Part shown: positions 50,302 to 58,207 of the stretch, piece after piece
Layout: each line of letters begins with the position of its first letter
How positions within the stretch are numbered: the first letter of the stretch is position 1
Assembly: GCA_026706895.1 (NCBI GenBank)
Contig: JAPOXW010000027.1
Location: 72,373-136,372 of the forward strand
Direction: 5' to 3'
From: Gammaproteobacteria bacterium
GTDB taxonomy: Bacteria > Pseudomonadota > Gammaproteobacteria > Poriferisulfidales > Poriferisulfidaceae
Length of the DNA stretch: 64,000 nucleotides
Position numbers and translations under genes: made by a program
Notes under the pieces: model-generated
What the model was told of the DNA's origin: nothing
What the model saw: only the letters and a program-made list of their open reading frames with translations
Databases searched by the model: none

Positions 50302-52115
50302 TTCTCGAGCACGAACCGATCCAGGCCAAACCATATCGGCCGCCCAAGCGGGAAAGGCGCCGCAAGCGACCTTCGGCCCCCCGATTTCGCGGGGCGGGAC
50401 TGGCGATTCTGATCCTGGCACTGATAACGGCAGGCGCCTGGTACGCCATGGAACAAGCGCAACTCATCAGCTTCGAGACCGACCCCGCAACCGCCACGGT
50501 GCATCTCGAGAGCCCGCACATGATGATGAACGGGCAAGCCTTGCTCTGGCGCGGGCAACATGTCGCGAATGTGGAAGCAGAAGGCCACCATCCCCGGCAG
50601 ATCGAATTCCAGGCGGGTGGAGACGCGCCGCGCACCGTGCAGGTCACTCTGGACCCCTTGCCGGGCAAACTCCGGGTCTCCACGACCCCTGAAACCGAGG
50701 GGGAAGTCCGGGTCGACGGCGAACACGCCGGGAAGATCGGAGAAATACTGGAGGATTTCTCTCCGGGCCGGCATGTCGTGCAGGTCAGTGTGGAGGGCTT
50801 CGAAATGCACCGGCAAACGGTAGAAATCGAGGGATACGGCCAATTGACCGAGATCGAGATTTCGCTCCAGAAAGTCGCGGAACCCGCCTTGTTGACGATT
50901 TCCAGTACCCCCGAGGCCGCGGACATATTGATCGATGGCACCTGGCGGGGGCGGACCCCGAAACGGGTCGTATTGACCCCGGGGGCCAAGGTGGAAGTCG
51001 CCCTGTTATTTCCTGGCCATACCCCGGATCGGCAGACTCTAGAGTTGAAGTCCGGCCGGCAAAACCACGCAGTGACCCTGACGCCGCGACTCGGCGCCCT
51101 TGAACTCTGGCCGATGCCGGCCAATGCGACGGTCCGGATCGGCGGGCAGGTGGAACTTCGGCGCCAGTTGCAGTTGACGCAGCGAACCCATACCGTGGAG
51201 GTTTCCGCGCCGGGCTATGTAACGAAGAAATACACCGTGGTGCCTCATCCGGACACCCCGAAGCAGCTTTTCGCCGTCTTGCAGTCGCAAGCGAAGGTCG
51301 AACAATCCCGGCGCCAGAAGCATGAACAGGATCTCGGGCTGGTCTTCGTCGAGTTCCAGCCCCGCGACTCGTTCGAACTCGCGACCACGCGCCGCCGAAT
51401 CCCGGTGCGCCTAACCCGACCATTCGCGATCATGGACAAGGAAGTCACCAACGCCCTATACCGACGCTACCGGGCCGAACATGATTCCGGAGAAGTGTTC
51501 GGCAAGCGCCTGGGCCGCCCAAGCCAACCCGTGGTGCGGATCAGCTGGGCGGATGCGGCATTGTTCGCGAACTGGATGAGCGGGCGGGCGGGGGTTGCGC
51601 CGTTCTACCGGGTGCGCGACGGGAAAATCGTGGGATTCGACGCGCAGGCAACCGGATACCGGCTGCCGAGTGAGGCCGAATGGGTCTGGTTGACCCGTTC
51701 CGGAAAGCGGTATGCCTGGGGCGACTTCATGCCGCCCCCGGACCGGTTCGGCAATCTGGCGGACGCTTCCGCCTCCGACATCGTGCAGCCGACGCTGGAA
51801 GGATACAACGACGGGTACGCCGTCAGTGCCGACGTCGGAAGCTTCCCGCCTTCGGGCCAGGGGTTGTATGATTTGCCGGGCAACGTGGCGGAATGGATGC
51901 ACGACGTGTTTCTCGACAAGCTGCGGGTCTCGGCCCGCCCGGAGACGGAGCGAGTCAACCCGCTGGGCGAGGCCAGCGGGCGGTTCTATGTCATCCGGGG
52001 ATTCAGCTGGCGCGACGGCGGGCGCAAGGAGTTGAGCCTGAACAACCGCCGCTACGACCGCGATCCCAAGGACGATGTGGGATTTCGGCTGGCTTATTAC
52101 CTGGACAAGCCATGA
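50280..52115 (+). CDS. Membrane-anchored PEGA-repeat protein with C-terminal FGE-sulfatase domain
   Basis: 611 aa with a basic N-terminus and one TM helix (AGLAILILALITAGAWYAM). Three or four PEGA repeats (e.g. ISSTPEAADILIDGTWRGRTPKRVVLTPGAKVEV). The FGE-sulfatase hallmarks are RISWADAALFANW, YRLPSEAEWVWL, GNVAEWMHD, RVIRGFSW and DVGFRLA. Confidence 0.8.
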   Translation: MHGVDPVILEHEPIQAKPYRPPKRERRRKRPSAPRFRGAGLAILILALITAGAWYAMEQAQLISFETDPATATVHLESPHMMMNGQALLWRGQHVANVEAEGHHPRQIEFQAGGDAPRTVQVTLDPLPGKLRVSTTPETEGEVRVDGEHAGKIGEILEDFSPGRHVVQVSVEGFEMHRQTVEIEGYGQLTEIEISLQKVAEPALLTISSTPEAADILIDGTWRGRTPKRVVLTPGAKVEVALLFPGHTPDRQTLELKSGRQNHAVTLTPRLGALELWPMPANATVRIGGQVELRRQLQLTQRTHTVEVSAPGYVTKKYTVVPHPDTPKQLFAVLQSQAKVEQSRRQKHEQDLGLVFVEFQPRDSFELATTRRRIPVRLTRPFAIMDKEVTNALYRRYRAEHDSGEVFGKRLGRPSQPVVRISWADAALFANWMSGRAGVAPFYRVRDGKIVGFDAQATGYRLPSEAEWVWLTRSGKRYAWGDFMPPPDRFGNLADASASDIVQPTLEGYNDGYAVSADVGSFPPSGQGLYDLPGNVAEWMHDVFLDKLRVSARPETERVNPLGEASGRFYVIRGFSWRDGGRKELSLNNRRYDRDPKDDVGFRLAYYLDKP

Positions 52116-52330
52116 AACGGTTCTGGTGGGTATCCCTGTACGCGGCGACGTCTCTGGCGTGGGCCGAAGAGCCTCCTGCACCGCAAGCGGAAGACGAGGA
52201 GCGCGAAGTCATCGAAGTCCTGACCGAAGAGGACCTCAAGCGGGAAATCCCACAGATCACGCTCAAGCAATTGACCCCGAAAGAAACCATTTCCCTTGAT
52301 CAAGCCGTGGATATGCCCAGTGACATTTGA
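52112..52330 (+). CDS. Small secreted acidic protein
   Basis: 72 aa. Signal peptide MKRFWWVSLYAATSLAWA then an acidic tail. ATG overlaps the upstream stop as ATGA. Confidence 0.4.
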   Translation: MKRFWWVSLYAATSLAWAEEPPAPQAEDEEREVIEVLTEEDLKREIPQITLKQLTPKETISLDQAVDMPSDI

Positions 52331-53201
52331 ATTGAACAATCTGACCGGGCGCTGGCGCGAACACGAAGTGTTCTGGCAATTGCTGGCATTAGCGGTGTCG
52401 TTCGTGCTGGTGCATGCAGCATATGAACTGGTGGTGCGACCCGTCGCCTACGAGGAACTGCAACGTCAGGCCGTCGCCGAGGAACAAGCCGAAATCGCAT
52501 CGCCAACGCTCGGCGCACGGGTCTCCGTGGTCGTCAAGGACTACGAGCAGGAAGCCTGTTTTGTCGCCCTGTTCTGGGCGCTCGCCATCATGTGGATGAA
52601 GCTGATGAAGCTGCGCTTCGCGCGAAGGCTGCTGAGCCAGCGTGGCCGACAAAACGAGGAAAGTTTCCTGGAAACCCGGGAAACCGATCTGGTCCTGCCT
52701 CAGGCGCACGACCGGGCGCGTTTCACCGACGTGCGAGAGCATGTGCGAATGCAAGGCTACGGCAGTACCGTGCTCTATCGGGCTGCCGATGCCTGTCTGG
52801 ATCGCTTCTTCACGACGCATTCCGTATCGGACGCCACTGCGGCCATGAAGGCCAGTTGCGAGATGGAGTCGGACCGGCAGGACACCGAACTGGCGCTGGT
52901 GCGCTACCTGACCTGGGCCATTCCGTCGCTTGGATTCATCGGCACGGTGCGCGGGATCGGTGCAGCCCTGGGGCAGGCCGAAGAAGCCACGCGCGGCAAC
53001 ATCGGACCGGTGACGGAAAGCCTTGGCGTGGCATTCAATTCAACGTTTGTCGCCCTGCTGATCAGCCTGTTCATCATGCTGCTGCTGCACAAACTGCAGG
53101 AAGCCCAGGAGTCGCTGGTACTGGATGCCCAGGAGCATTGCCAGCACCACCTGCTGCGTTACCTGCGGGAGCGGACGCGGACGGATGAGCCTTCTTCTTA
53201 G
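52296..53201 (+). CDS. MotA/TolQ/ExbB-family proton channel protein
   Basis: 301 aa, three TM helices. The C-terminal signature LTWAIPSLGFIGTVRGIGAALG...IGPVTESLGVAFNSTFVALLISLF aligns with ExbB/TolQ (GLFGTVWGI...APGIAEAL.ATAIGL.AAIP). The start is approximate and overlaps the upstream ORF. Confidence 0.8.
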   Translation: MIKPWICPVTFELNNLTGRWREHEVFWQLLALAVSFVLVHAAYELVVRPVAYEELQRQAVAEEQAEIASPTLGARVSVVVKDYEQEACFVALFWALAIMWMKLMKLRFARRLLSQRGRQNEESFLETRETDLVLPQAHDRARFTDVREHVRMQGYGSTVLYRAADACLDRFFTTHSVSDATAAMKASCEMESDRQDTELALVRYLTWAIPSLGFIGTVRGIGAALGQAEEATRGNIGPVTESLGVAFNSTFVALLISLFIMLLLHKLQEAQESLVLDAQEHCQHHLLRYLRERTRTDEPSS

Positions 53202-54096
53202 GATCGACAGCTACGCGCTGGCACAGCCCGACGGCACCGACTGGCGGGTCGAGTGGTGCCTTGCCCATCGGGATTCAAAAGACGGTTGGCGATTCGGTAA
53301 AGACGCCGGTGAACGGCTGCAGCCCCGACGCACCGACAACGAAAACAACGAATACCTGGAAACACCGGAGACGGTAGAAGGCCAAGGCACATCGAATAGC
53401 GACCTTGCGTATCTACAGTTACGGGGATTCCTGCCGGAAGAGGAAAACTCGATCGATCTTTCGGTGAGCGGAGGAATCGACCGGTCCCGGCTCGAATGTC
53501 TGCTGGGTGTTCTGGAAGCCTTGAGCTACACACCCCGAAGTGTATTCCCGACCGCGCTGCTGGCGGCCCGGAACCTTGAGCCCGGACGCTACGGCATTAT
53601 TGAACTTGGACGCAGCCGCAGTTGGATCAGTGCCGTTGACGTCCAGCCGGGTCGTGCGCGACTGGAATCGGTCCAGGATTACGGGGATTTCGGCTTCTAT
53701 CACCTCTTCACCCAATGGGTGGAGAACGCGGCGGAAGCCTTCGCCGCCCAGCACCGTTTCGACATACATCGCAACCTCGCGACAAACCGCGGACAACTGT
53801 TCGAACAAATGTGCCAAGGCTTCGCCGGGAAATCCGGACAGATCCAGCTCAATCTGGATTCCCGGCCCGTGACGCTGGACGAAAAAGTCTTTCAAGCCCG
53901 CTGGCCGAAGTCTTCTCTCGACACGGAGGGGCTGGGCCTCCTGCTGCTGCCTCCTCTGACACGGGCGTTGCCGCTGCCGGAACAGGGGTTGGATCTCCCT
54001 CTCTGTGCCAACCCCGCGCCTCGGGCCGTCTTCAACCTGGACGCCTCCGTGCCGGAAGACGGACAAGCCCACCGTTGCGTGGCTCTCTCCTGCTGA
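53185..54096 (+). CDS. Hypothetical soluble protein embedded between the ExbB-like and ExbD-like genes
   Basis: About 304 aa from MSLLLRIDSY. No TM segment and no recognised domain. Coupled to both neighbours. Confidence 0.45.
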   Translation: MSLLLRIDSYALAQPDGTDWRVEWCLAHRDSKDGWRFGKDAGERLQPRRTDNENNEYLETPETVEGQGTSNSDLAYLQLRGFLPEEENSIDLSVSGGIDRSRLECLLGVLEALSYTPRSVFPTALLAARNLEPGRYGIIELGRSRSWISAVDVQPGRARLESVQDYGDFGFYHLFTQWVENAAEAFAAQHRFDIHRNLATNRGQLFEQMCQGFAGKSGQIQLNLDSRPVTLDEKVFQARWPKSSLDTEGLGLLLLPPLTRALPLPEQGLDLPLCANPAPRAVFNLDASVPEDGQAHRCVALSC

Positions 54097-55140
54097 ATGT
54101 CCAGACGCCGCCGCAGCCGTTTCCTGAACCCGTTCGGCCTAGCTTTCCTGGATGTCATGTCCTGCGGGCTGGGGGCTGCGGTCCTGTTGTTCCTGATTAT
54201 CGACCACAACCTAACCGAACTGGCGCAGGCATCGGAGAGCGGCGAGGGAGATGTGCAACTGCTGGAGCAATCGATCCAGGAACAGGAAGAACTGATCACC
54301 GAGCACCGCAGACAGATGCGGCAACTGCAGCGCGAGCTGGAAAGCCTGGCACAGCAGCGCGTGGCCGCCATCACCACCCAAGCCGAACTTCGCGCCCGCC
54401 AACCGAAGGCGTCCGATACGGCTCGACTTGAACGTGAACTGCGCGAGCGCAAGAAGAAACTCCAAGAAGCGGAGAAAAGCAAGCAACTGAGGGCGAAAGA
54501 AGGAGAAGGGCAACGCCAGTACGTAGCCGGCTTCCGAGTCGAGGGCCGTCGCATTCTGATCCTGTTGGATCGATCGGCCAGCATGCAGGACGAGCGAATC
54601 GCCACGATCATCCGAAACAAGTTTCTCCCGGTGAAATACCAGATCGAGAGCTACAAGTGGCGCTGGGCGCGTTCCATCCTCGAGTGGGTTCTCTCGCACC
54701 TGCCGCAAGAGGCGCAATACCAGGTCTGGGGGTTCAGCACGACGGCAGCGCCAGCGTTGCCGAAGAGCGGGTGGATTCCGGCAAAAGACGGGAAACGGAT
54801 GGAAGAGGTGGTTTCGGCCGTGCAGGGCTGGGTCCCCTCAGGAGGAACCCGCCTCGATACGACCCTCAAGAAGATCGCCCAGATCAAGCCAAGGCCGGAC
54901 GCGGTCTATCTGATTACGGACGGCCTGCCGACGCAGGGAAAATCCTGGTTCAAGAAAAACCGGGTCAGCCCTTCCCGGCGCATGGAGTTTTTCCGAGAAG
55001 CAACGGGAAGCATCGCAGGCCCGCCTTTCAACATCGTCCTGCTTCCGCTTGAAGGCGATCCGGCGGCAGCCGGGGCTTACTGGGGATTTGCGATGAGGAC
55101 GAACGGGCAATTCCTGGCCCCGGCGGAGGACTGGCCATGA
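54097..55140 (+). CDS. ExbD/TolR-like TM anchor, coiled coil and periplasmic vWA domain protein (paralog 1)
   Basis: N-terminus RRRRSRFLNPFGLAFLDVMSCGLGAAVLLFLII matches the ExbD/TolR TM helix with conserved Asp (cf. PLIDVMLVLLIIFM). A long coiled coil follows. The vWA MIDAS motif is LLDRSASM (DxSxS), followed by YLITDG. Confidence 0.7.
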   Translation: MSRRRRSRFLNPFGLAFLDVMSCGLGAAVLLFLIIDHNLTELAQASESGEGDVQLLEQSIQEQEELITEHRRQMRQLQRELESLAQQRVAAITTQAELRARQPKASDTARLERELRERKKKLQEAEKSKQLRAKEGEGQRQYVAGFRVEGRRILILLDRSASMQDERIATIIRNKFLPVKYQIESYKWRWARSILEWVLSHLPQEAQYQVWGFSTTAAPALPKSGWIPAKDGKRMEEVVSAVQGWVPSGGTRLDTTLKKIAQIKPRPDAVYLITDGLPTQGKSWFKKNRVSPSRRMEFFREATGSIAGPPFNIVLLPLEGDPAAAGAYWGFAMRTNGQFLAPAEDWP

Positions 55141-56102
55141 GGCGCGTCCGCCGGCAAGCCGACAACCGTTTGTCGTTCCTTGACGTGGTCAGCTGCGGGT
55201 TCGGGGCCATGGTGTTGCTGATCCTGATTACCAAAAACACCGTGGGCGAGCCGGTCGAAGACCTTCGAGCCCAAATCGAAGCGCTGCAAGAACAACTCGC
55301 ACGCGTCATCCAAGTCCGGGCAAGTCTGGCGGCCGAACAATTTTCGGCGCAAGCCCGGGTACACGCCCAGCAGGAGAAACTGCAGGACGACCGGAGGGCC
55401 GTAGAAGAAGCGCGGCAGGCGAGCGCCAGCGCCCAGGCGCAGGCCTTGATCGAAGCAGACCTGAAGAGCGCTCTGCAGCGCCTCAACGAAGAAATGCGGC
55501 GGCTGAACCTGACTGCATCCGAATCGGACGTGATCGGCGGCATCCCGGCCGACAGCGAATACATCATCTTTATCGTCGACACGTCCGGCAGCATGAAACG
55601 GTTTGCCTGGAAGGCCGCCAGACAGCAGTTGGTGGCCCTACTGGACGCCTACCCGAAAGTGCGCGGACTCCAGGTGATGAACGACATGGGCGCATACATG
55701 TTCAGCGGCTACCAGGGGCGCTGGATCCCGGACACGCCCGCACGGCGGAAGATCCTCCTGCAGCGTTTTGATTCCTGGCATTCGTACAGCAATTCGAGCC
55801 CCGTCGAAGGCATCCTGGAAGCCATCAAGCGGTTCCGCATGAAGTCCGACAAGATCAGCCTGTACATCTTCGGCGACGAATACACCGGCGAGTCGATCCA
55901 GTGGGTCATCGACACGGTCGAGGATCTCAACCACCGGGATGGGAAGCGGCAGGTCCGCATTCATGCGGTCGGGTTCTTCACCCGCGCGCAGATCGAGAAG
56001 ATCGACCCGAAATATGCCGACACGACAAGCCGATTCGCGGCATTGATGCGGGAGTTGACCCGGCGCAACGGAGGGACTTTCCTAGGCGTCGAAGTGGACT
56101 GA
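55137..56102 (+). CDS. ExbD/TolR-like TM anchor, coiled coil and periplasmic vWA domain protein (paralog 2)
   Basis: N-terminus LSFLDVVSCGFGAMVLLILI (ExbD-like, conserved Asp), then a coiled coil. The vWA MIDAS motif is IFIVDTSGSM (DxSxS). Start overlaps the paralog-1 stop. Confidence 0.7.
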   Translation: MRRVRRQADNRLSFLDVVSCGFGAMVLLILITKNTVGEPVEDLRAQIEALQEQLARVIQVRASLAAEQFSAQARVHAQQEKLQDDRRAVEEARQASASAQAQALIEADLKSALQRLNEEMRRLNLTASESDVIGGIPADSEYIIFIVDTSGSMKRFAWKAARQQLVALLDAYPKVRGLQVMNDMGAYMFSGYQGRWIPDTPARRKILLQRFDSWHSYSNSSPVEGILEAIKRFRMKSDKISLYIFGDEYTGESIQWVIDTVEDLNHRDGKRQVRIHAVGFFTRAQIEKIDPKYADTTSRFAALMRELTRRNGGTFLGVEVD

Positions 56103-56116
56103 CTCCTTGAGAATGC

Positions 56117-56192
56117 TGGTGGACCCAGGGGGAATCGAACCCGCCGTTACTGCCGTGAAAGGGCAGTGTGCTAACCGCTACACTATGGGTCC
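56117..56192 (-). tRNA. tRNA-Glu (anticodon UUC)
   Basis: Reverse complement is GGACCCATAGTGTAGCGGTTAGCACACTGCCCTTTCACGGCAGTAACGGCGGGTTCGATTCCCCCTGGGTCCACCA. Cloverleaf with anticodon loop CTTTCAC, T-loop GGTTCGATTCC and an encoded CCA. Confidence 0.85.
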
Positions 56193-56328
56193 TACACAGA
56201 AAGAAACGCCTCCAGAGGAGGCGTCGGGCCAGCGATACTCTCACTAGCGGGGAAGCGTATTGTAGCGCGCTTTTTCTACCTAAATCTAGTCAGAGTCAGC
56301 CTACGCAGTCTCAGCCTAAATCCGAGAA

Positions 56329-57069
56329 TCACGCAGCAAGCGGAACGAAATCTCCGCTGGCCATTGGTTCATGCTCAACCCAGCGGCCGCTCATTTCAAT
56401 CAGAACGTGCTGGCTCAACGGTGCGGGTTGCGGGTTGACCTTTACCACATGTGCGGAATATGTCGGAGACTCGGTCATTGCGTCAACAATATTTTCCATA
56501 AGGTAGCGCGGAATCCAGCCAATCGCGTGGTGGTGCTTCGTTTGAATTTGCACAACCGGCCGAGTCGCCAAGTCGGTCTGTTCCAAGGCGATATGTAGCT
56601 CTTCTCCTTTTTTTAATTGGTCAATCCTCTGAAGAGCCGATGCGCTTGCGTCTTGCAAGCCCTGCAGCAGGAAACGGCATGTGAAACTTCCGTCTTTATC
56701 TTTCTCGATTTTCGGAAAGACTTCATAAAAATCCGTAACGCGACGACCACCATTTACCGACAAAATTTCGACGGAGTCTGCGCTTTCCGGCAGATCAAGG
56801 CAGTCAAGATATTGCGCGCGGGCTGGCCTGCCTCTGGCAATGACCCGGTTCCTGAAAATAGCAAAAAGCTCGGGAGATTGATAGTCCCCTTTCATGTCCG
56901 GAAAGTCGTACAGCGGAGGGAACCCGACTTCCCGGCTCGCCCGTTCTGCGCCAGCCGTGTATCGGAACCGGAACCGGGGCAAATCGGTCTCTGCATCCAG
57001 CCTTCCGATCGGAAACCAGTGCCGACGTTCTTTGTCGCGCCAACCCAGGTACATAGTTTGCTCATTCAC
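56329..57069 (-). CDS. Hypothetical protein between ubiE and tRNA-Glu
   Basis: 246 aa with host-like GC and no TM. No family recognised. Starts 10 nt after the ubiE stop. Confidence 0.4.
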   Translation of the reverse strand: MNEQTMYLGWRDKERRHWFPIGRLDAETDLPRFRFRYTAGAERASREVGFPPLYDFPDMKGDYQSPELFAIFRNRVIARGRPARAQYLDCLDLPESADSVEILSVNGGRRVTDFYEVFPKIEKDKDGSFTCRFLLQGLQDASASALQRIDQLKKGEELHIALEQTDLATRPVVQIQTKHHHAIGWIPRYLMENIVDAMTESPTYSAHVVKVNPQPAPLSQHVLIEMSGRWVEHEPMASGDFVPLAA

Positions 57070-57079
57070 CGGCCAGATT

Positions 57080-57811
57080 TCAGTCGATCCGCGTTCCGCG
57101 GTGAATAGCTACGATCCCGGCGCTCAGATTGAAATACTGGCAGGATGCGAACCCCGCGGCGCGCATCATTTCTCGCAGAGTCCGTTGATCCGGATGCACG
57201 GCGATGGATTCCGCCAGATAGCGATAACTGTCGCGATCCCCGGCCACCAGTTCGCCCAGTTTCGGCACGGCCTGGTGTGTGTACGCATGGTAGAACGGCT
57301 CCAGCCAAGCAGCCGGTTGGGAGAATTCGAGCACGACCGCTAACCCTCCGGGACGCAGCACCCGGTGCATCTCTTTCAGGCAGGCCGAGGGATTCGTGAA
57401 GTTGCGCAGGCCGAACCCGACCAAAACCCGGTCGAACGACTCCGATTCGAAAGGAAGCGCTACCGCATTTCCCTGCACGACCGGAATATCCGTCAAACCT
57501 TCGTCCAGCAGCCGGTCCCGGCCCTGGGTCAGCATGCCGCTGCTGAAGTCGTATAGGACCACCTGTCCTTCCGGGCCGACCTTCGAGCGAACCAGCCGAG
57601 CCAAATCGCCGGTGCCGCCAGCGAGATCCAGCACGTGCTGACCCTCCCGGAGTTGCGCGAGCAGCGCAAACGTGCGTTTCCAGACCCGGTGCAGCCCGAA
57701 CGACATCAAGTCATTCATCAGGTCGTAGCGGAACGCCACCGACTCGAACACCTCGTTTACAAGACGGGTTTTTTCGTCCGGCTCAACCTCCCGGTAGCCA
57801 AAGCGCGCCAT
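57080..57811 (-). CDS. ubiE: Ubiquinone/menaquinone C-methyltransferase UbiE
   Basis: 243 aa. N-terminus VFESVAFRYDLMNDLMSFGLHRVWKR and AdoMet motif VLDLAGGTGDL. Confidence 0.9.
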   Translation of the reverse strand: MARFGYREVEPDEKTRLVNEVFESVAFRYDLMNDLMSFGLHRVWKRTFALLAQLREGQHVLDLAGGTGDLARLVRSKVGPEGQVVLYDFSSGMLTQGRDRLLDEGLTDIPVVQGNAVALPFESESFDRVLVGFGLRNFTNPSACLKEMHRVLRPGGLAVVLEFSQPAAWLEPFYHAYTHQAVPKLGELVAGDRDSYRYLAESIAVHPDQRTLREMMRAAGFASCQYFNLSAGIVAIHRGTRID

Positions 57812-57815
57812 AGGA

Positions 57816-58181
57816 CTAATTCTCCGTGACCTTCCGCTCGACTCCGGCTTCTTTCAAGCGGTCCAGGTAACGCTGCCAGCGCATCTCAAAATCACGGCCC
57901 AGTTCGTACAGGTAGTCCCAGGAATAAATGCCCGTGTCATGGCCGTCGCTGAACACCAGTTTCACCGCATAGTGGCCAACCGGCTCGATCGCATCGATGG
58001 CGACGTCTTCCTTGCCGACCTGCAGGGTTTCCTCTCCCGGACCGTGGCCCATGACTTCGGCCGAAGGTGAATGCACCCGAAGGTATTCGCAACTCAGACG
58101 AAAGCGCTCTTCGCCGAACGCGAGTTCCAGGACCCGGGAACGTTGATGCAAATGCAGTTCTGTCGGAGTGTTTTGACTCAT
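57816..58181 (-). CDS. DUF971 (gamma-butyrobetaine hydroxylase-like N-terminal domain) protein
   Basis: 121 aa from MSQNTPTELHL. Motifs LSCEYLRVHSPSAEV and GIYSWDYLYELG. Confidence 0.6.
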   Translation of the reverse strand: MSQNTPTELHLHQRSRVLELAFGEERFRLSCEYLRVHSPSAEVMGHGPGEETLQVGKEDVAIDAIEPVGHYAVKLVFSDGHDTGIYSWDYLYELGRDFEMRWQRYLDRLKEAGVERKVTEN

Positions 58182-58207
58182 TCGTGTATTCTGCCGGAAA
58201 TTAGAAG

